Below, piece after piece: positions 36,402-40,808 of a stretch of 40,808 nt of DNA. This DNA comes from a virus. Taxonomy: Duplodnaviria > Heunggongvirae > Uroviricota > Caudoviricetes. The DNA lies in the IMG/VR virus record IMGVR_UViG_2778261545_000004, one strand, 5' to 3'. How positions within the stretch are numbered: the first letter of the stretch is position 1; every line of letters starts with the position of its first letter. The notes under the pieces are model-generated. The model made no database searches. It was not told where the DNA came from and saw nothing but the letters and a program-made list of their open reading frames with translations. The position numbers were made by a program, and so were the translations under genes.

Positions 36402-38291
36402 TTAATCGTATTTTGGCCATACTTTCAATGCAATTTCCCCCAACTTTTTACCTCGCTCCAGTATTTCACTCTCATCCCATTTATCCTTAAGTATAAGTGG
36501 TATGTTCAGTCGTAGATTGGTGTGGACGATGAGAGCATCACGTTTTTTCAGAAATACAGCATTCTGAACGGAACGGTTTACGCTAAGGTTAAGCAAAGTT
36601 AGATTTCCCAACGTAGCTATCGCTTGTTGCCGTTTCCTTACCAGTAGCTGTTCAGGGGTAAGATCGGTTCCAGACAGAACAATTTGGTTCATTACCGTAG
36701 CATCTGAATTTGTCACCATATGACCATTTTCGAGAGGCCAACAGGAATACCAACTTTGAGGCATAAGATGATCGATATCGAGATTAGAAAGATTTGGAAC
36801 ATCAGGCTTTTCTGTCTTTACTTGGCGACAAAGTTCTCTTTCAAGTTCCGTTAACATTGAGCGCATTTTCGGTGCGTCGAGCCTGCCAGGATAAAGTGGA
36901 GCATTGATGCAAGCGTTGAGAAATTCTGAGTCCCCAGGCCAACGTGAGGCTTCGCCATTTAAGCTATTGAGGATATTACGTAACTCAATACTGGAAATTT
37001 CCGTTTTAGACAAGTGTCGCAATACATTCATAAATACATTGTTGTAATTCTTTGGCGTCAGGCCACATACGGATCTTCGTACTACGTAGGAGACAAGATC
37101 ATTATACATGGCTGCTTTCTCATCATCGGCGATGTTAGCTATCGAAATGAACAAAGCAAGCGGATAGAGTGTCGTCACATCATAGGCTGCGATGCGATGT
37201 CCAAAGTGTGAGATGGGGGTTGTGCCAAAACCACCAACCAATTCTTTATATTGTGATGCATATTGTTTGAGGCGCTTTACTTGCAGATCTGCTCGTTGTG
37301 AAGGCAAGTCCTTACTTACATAATCACGATACTCATTGTAAAGGCGAGACAGATCAATTTCACGCTGCCTTTCTGATTGCAATGTCGCATGTACAAGCCA
37401 CTCCATGCGTGGTTTATTAATACGTCCACGGCGTTGCTTTTCCGACCAGTATTTATCTTCAAAGATCTTCCACTCATTTTCATATAATTCAATAGTATTA
37501 ATATTTTCATGCTCAGCGCACATAAAGATATAGTTGCGAATAAGATCCGTTGCATGAAGTTCCGCTCCTCGCCCATTTAATGTTTCAAAAATTATTTGGG
37601 CATCATCTTCAGCTTCGAGAAATATGCTTACCAGTTTCAGATCCGTCAAGACAGCCTCAATTAGTGCTACAGCATTTTCTTGTGGTGAGCGGTTTTCTAT
37701 TTTAATCCATTTTATAAAGGCTTCAGTAAAAAACCATAATGCCTCTAGTGACGGCGGGTGGTTGAAATGTTTACGTAACGTACCATGTTGCGTGAAGCTA
37801 TCAGAAAATACATTACGGAGATCGTCAATATTATCAACATTAAGACTTTGAATAAAATGAGTTTGATCTCGAAAAGTTGGCCACAGTTTGAAGCATTCTA
37901 CCTTTTTATTTCTCATCGTTGCTTCGTTTGTATTTTTCAAGCAAGTCAATACTAACCCTTCCAGTTCAGAAAGGCCTGTAGCACGCAATGATAATCGAAT
38001 GGATGCCAGAATATATTGAAGAGTGGTTAAACGTTGCTGGCCGTCAATAATATGTATGGTATCTACACCTAACAAGCTGTTTTTGAGTTGAGGTTCCAGC
38101 ACCACCGCGCCGAGGAAATGAGGGGTTGGTTTTGTTCCCGAAAGTCGGCTCTGTGCTTTTTCGAAGATATCCTCCAGCAAAGCTGACCATTGGTTTCGTT
38201 GCGTCCATACGTAGGCACGTTGATAGAATGGAACACGATATTGTCGTTGATTTTGGAAAATTTGCTGGATGGTTAGCGTTTCGGATTTCAT
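36402..38291 (-). CDS. GmrSD-family type IV (modification-dependent) restriction endonuclease, fused DUF262-DUF1524
   Basis: 629 aa; N-terminal VPFYQRAYVW and IIDGQQRLTTL (DUF262), C-terminal DIDHLMPQSW ... GNLTLLNLSVNRS (His-Me finger); AT-rich. Confidence 0.8.
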   Translation of the reverse strand: MKSETLTIQQIFQNQRQYRVPFYQRAYVWTQRNQWSALLEDIFEKAQSRLSGTKPTPHFLGAVVLEPQLKNSLLGVDTIHIIDGQQRLTTLQYILASIRLSLRATGLSELEGLVLTCLKNTNEATMRNKKVECFKLWPTFRDQTHFIQSLNVDNIDDLRNVFSDSFTQHGTLRKHFNHPPSLEALWFFTEAFIKWIKIENRSPQENAVALIEAVLTDLKLVSIFLEAEDDAQIIFETLNGRGAELHATDLIRNYIFMCAEHENINTIELYENEWKIFEDKYWSEKQRRGRINKPRMEWLVHATLQSERQREIDLSRLYNEYRDYVSKDLPSQRADLQVKRLKQYASQYKELVGGFGTTPISHFGHRIAAYDVTTLYPLALFISIANIADDEKAAMYNDLVSYVVRRSVCGLTPKNYNNVFMNVLRHLSKTEISSIELRNILNSLNGEASRWPGDSEFLNACINAPLYPGRLDAPKMRSMLTELERELCRQVKTEKPDVPNLSNLDIDHLMPQSWYSCWPLENGHMVTNSDATVMNQIVLSGTDLTPEQLLVRKRQQAIATLGNLTLLNLSVNRSVQNAVFLKKRDALIVHTNLRLNIPLILKDKWDESEILERGKKLGEIALKVWPKYD

Positions 38292-38547
38292 TGTTTACCT
38301 ATAAATAACATTAAGTGACATTCTACAAGAGTAAGAAATTCATCTGAGTCAGAACAATCATTTTTATGTAGTTATGATACAGTGTATTTGTTACTGGTGA
38401 AGTAAAAATAAGAAACCCCGCTTTTGAATGCTGACGCGCTACGGTTTCATTGGATATTTTTTGTCTCTCCTCCATCCCGTTGGTGTTCTGTTTAGACTGA
38501 TAACTTGCTGTTTTAATTGATATTAGTTTCTTGCGCCGTCCAATCAT

Positions 38548-38579
38548 GGTTGGTGGGTTGGTGGGTTGGTGGGTTGGTG
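38548..38579. repeat. Tandem octamer repeat (GGTTGGTG) x4
   Basis: Read directly; G-tract spacing compatible with a G-quadruplex; about 260 bp upstream of the GmrSD start. Confidence 0.8.
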
Positions 38580-38646
38580 GGAGTTAAATCCACATTGGTA
38601 TGAATAACATAGAATATGAATTAGTGTTTCAGAATTGCTTCAGCCA

Positions 38647-38976
38647 TCACTTTTTAATACGTTCAATTTGAATGTTTATTTCCGAAACAATTTTTTCAGG
38701 TTTCAGTCCCTCGTTAGATTGCACAAAATCTCTAATTTGCATCATTCGATGTGCACAAATTTGTAATTCGCTATAAACACTTAGCTCGTCAGATTCATTT
38801 TGAGATTGTTCACCTGTTTAAAATTCTACATAAGTATGTGGCGGATTGTGATAAACACGAGAAATCGGGGTTGGCCACCATTCCTCACCGGTCACTACGT
38901 CCGCATCGAATAGTACAGTTTTGTCAATTTCCATTAATTTCTGGATAAGAACAGAAGTTTTCAAGCGAACCTCCAT
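38647..38976 (-). pseudogene. ORF interrupted by one in-frame TAA (possible pseudogene)
   Basis: 52 codons, TAA at 38818-38820, then 56 more protein-like codons in the same frame; no clear RBS. Confidence 0.2.
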
Positions 38977-39120
38977 TTTGCCATAAAGTGGTTATCAAAA
39001 CGCTACGTAAACTATACAAAATCAGCGAGTTATGGTGAAGGTAAAAAAACAAGTTTAGATGTTCGTTAAGTATAAAATTGTTTTAATTCAATTGGATATA
39101 ATAATTTTCTAAATCTAATG

Positions 39121-39282
39121 TTACGCCATATGGGCTGGACTGAAGCCGCAGACCTGATTGTTAAAGGTATGGAAGGCGCAATCAACGCCAAGACTGTAAC
39201 CTATGACTTCGAACGTCTGATGGAAGGCGCTAAACTGCTGAAATGTTCAGAATTTGGTGATGCGATCATCAAGAACATGTAA
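39121..39282 (+). pseudogene. icd: Displaced 3' fragment of isocitrate dehydrogenase gene (icd), 53 codons
   Basis: Reads [53 protein letters not shown], matching the Icd C-terminus as recalled; in-frame TAA immediately upstream. Confidence 0.75.
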
Positions 39283-39305
39283 TCACTACATGTGTTTAAT
39301 ATTGC

Positions 39306-39337
39306 AACGGGCGTATAACACGCCCGTTGTTTTATTT
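39306..39337 (+). terminator. Rho-independent terminator (native icd terminator)
   Basis: AACGGGCG-TATAACA-CGCCCGTT followed by GTTTTATTT, 24 nt after the icd stop. Confidence 0.65.
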
Positions 39338-39384
39338 ATGTAGGTATTATTAATAGCATATCGAGCATATTTATATAAAACCCT

Positions 39385-39708
39385 TTACTTGAGCCCATAT
39401 GGGCATATTTTTATAATGCAACTATTATGCAAACATTTATTTGTTATTTTGCTTTCTCCTGGAGGACACTCTTGACTGCTTTTGAGTAGACTCCATAAAT
39501 CCTTGTTGAATGGTGCGATGTTATAAATAGTAATAGGATATTCTTTATCTTTAAGGATAATTCCAGATTTAACCGGTGTAAATATACTGCCAGGAGGGAG
39601 AAATATAGTAGATTGATACCAGATGATCATTTTCATATTACCCCATATGGCTGAAAAAGATATGCCGCATGAAGGTTGAATTATCGTGTCAATTACTATC
39701 CACTTCAT
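39385..39708 (-). CDS. iraM: Anti-adaptor protein IraM-like
   Basis: 107 aa, [23 protein letters not shown]... matches IraM as recalled; position next to the icd fragment as in E. coli K-12. Confidence 0.6.
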   Translation of the reverse strand: MKWIVIDTIIQPSCGISFSAIWGNMKMIIWYQSTIFLPPGSIFTPVKSGIILKDKEYPITIYNIAPFNKDLWSLLKSSQECPPGESKITNKCLHNSCIIKICPYGLK

Positions 39709-40143
39709 TTGTTATGTCTTATCCCACGGTATTTAATATAGTTCATTTGGATGTTCATTTCTTTATTTTGCATATGAGTATATTACCCCTTCAAAAAATA
39801 AATTAATTAAAACGATTACTTATATAAAACAAAATTTAAAGCAAGGAATCTCAATGGATGTTAAACAAAATGAGATTTAGTGAAAACAATAAATTATTCA
39901 CTTCGTTTTAGATTTGTTTAGCTATAATGTTATACATTCAAATGACTGAACATCCTGTAATTAAAACATAGCCTTTATGCTACTTTGTGCCAATTTGCTA
40001 AACATTATGGTTGCCTTTTTATATAACGATAATAATGAATATAAGCATGACATGAGAATAAGGTTTCAATTTTTGAGTTATATAGGAAAGGTTTAACCTG
40101 TTCCTGGCTAAAATACATATAACTGGATGATGACTAAACCAAA

Positions 40144-40196
40144 AAACATGTGCGTTAAGTATTGAAACGGGCGTATGGCACACCCGTTGTTTTTAT
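40144..40196 (+). repeat. Second diverged copy of the icd-terminator element
   Basis: AACATGTGCGTTAAGTATTGAAACGGGCGTATGGCACACCCGTTGTTTTT is ~85% identical to 39289-39337. Confidence 0.6.
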
Positions 40197-40403
40197 AAAT
40201 ATATTAACCGTTATAAAATAACGTATAGAAAGTCAAGTGATCACATTTCAAATATCAATTTGATAGTATTGGCATGGTGATTATTTATGGGTAGCAATAA
40301 AAGGACAGTATTTATCATCCATAGGGATAGTCTCTGTACTTTTATTCCCATTATGCTAATGCCTTACTGAATTATGAAGCATTTCTTAAGCATCCAACTT
40401 TAG

Positions 40404-40808
40404 CTAGATTAATGGTTTATTATTTTCTACATCTTCAATATATAAAAGCGTATTATCAATGGCGTAGTAACTGCGTTTGTTATGATTAACATCAGTAACC
40501 CACCGGAAAACGCCCGCGCCTGCTAGTGTTGAACAGTATTCCCGAAATGTAGATTTTCCGCAAATATGAAGCAATGCGGCCTCTTTTATTTTAGCAGGGT
40601 TCTTGGTCGTACTAACTTTTAACAGGTTCCTGGTTCCTCTTAATAACAAAACCGTGTCATCGTGAGTAATAATTCTGATGTTATCCGTAGCCAGATAATA
40701 AATGTAATGTGCAATACGGTGATGTTTTAATTCTGAATAAAACCAGGAGAAGTTTTGCTCTTTTCTCACTTGCTCAAACATCTTTTGAAAAACAACGACC
40801 TGATCCAT
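40404..40808 (-). CDS. ycgX: YcgX-like protein (DUF1398 family); start codon coincides with the window edge
   Basis: 134 aa ORF; size and position after iraM match E. coli K-12 order (from memory); N-terminus could extend beyond the window. Confidence 0.45.
   Translation of the reverse strand: MDQVVVFQKMFEQVRKEQNFSWFYSELKHHRIAHYIYYLATDNIRIITHDDTVLLLRGTRNLLKVSTTKNPAKIKEAALLHICGKSTFREYCSTLAGAGVFRWVTDVNHNKRSYYAIDNTLLYIEDVENNKPLI

Larger units (their letters stand above)
1..39120. mobile_element. Integrated temperate prophage (lambdoid regulation, HK97-like head, Mu-like contractile tail, e14-style integration at icd); left end lies outside the window
   Basis: int/xis, CI-Cro switch, Q, lysis cassette, terminase-portal-protease-capsid, sheath/tube/baseplate/fibre genes; displaced icd 3' fragment at 39121-39282 followed by host genes marks the right junction. 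Confidence 0.8.

Noticed and set aside
38323-38948. ORFs 38323-38547 (minus) and 38751-38948 (plus) in the AT-rich spacer
   Set aside because: No RBS, low-complexity translations; one begins inside the GGTTGGTG repeat.

Overview
The window is almost entirely one intact-looking temperate prophage (about 1 to 39120; left boundary outside the window) in an Escherichia-like chromosome. All calls are from reading the sequence and translations by eye; no searches were run. Layout left to right: a two-gene AT-rich cargo operon (soluble 298 aa plus 4-TM 154 aa) next to the integrase; int/xis; YfdR/YfdQ/YfdP-like early-left genes; a GC-rich structured non-coding block; a CI/Cro switch with TTGC-N7-GCAA operator repeats; an O-like replication gene with internal iterons; Dam methyltransferase, a LexA-DNA-binding-domain-only protein, RusA, KilA-N, DUF968-like and Q antiterminator; a reverse-strand TIR-like moron; lambda-like holin/R/Rz/Rz1; HNH, terminase, portal, protease and HK97-type capsid genes; a Mu-like contractile tail module with a -1 frameshift chaperone and an embedded moron; an invertible tail-fibre segment whose invertase is truncated; and a GmrSD-like type IV restriction gene. 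The right flank is a displaced icd 3' fragment with its terminator, then iraM-like and ycgX-like host genes, which indicates e14-style integration into icd. The strongest candidates for new biology are the cargo genes at three moron or hotspot positions: the TIR-like gene between Q and lysis, the int-proximal two-gene pair, and the GmrSD island that replaced the 3' end of the invertase.
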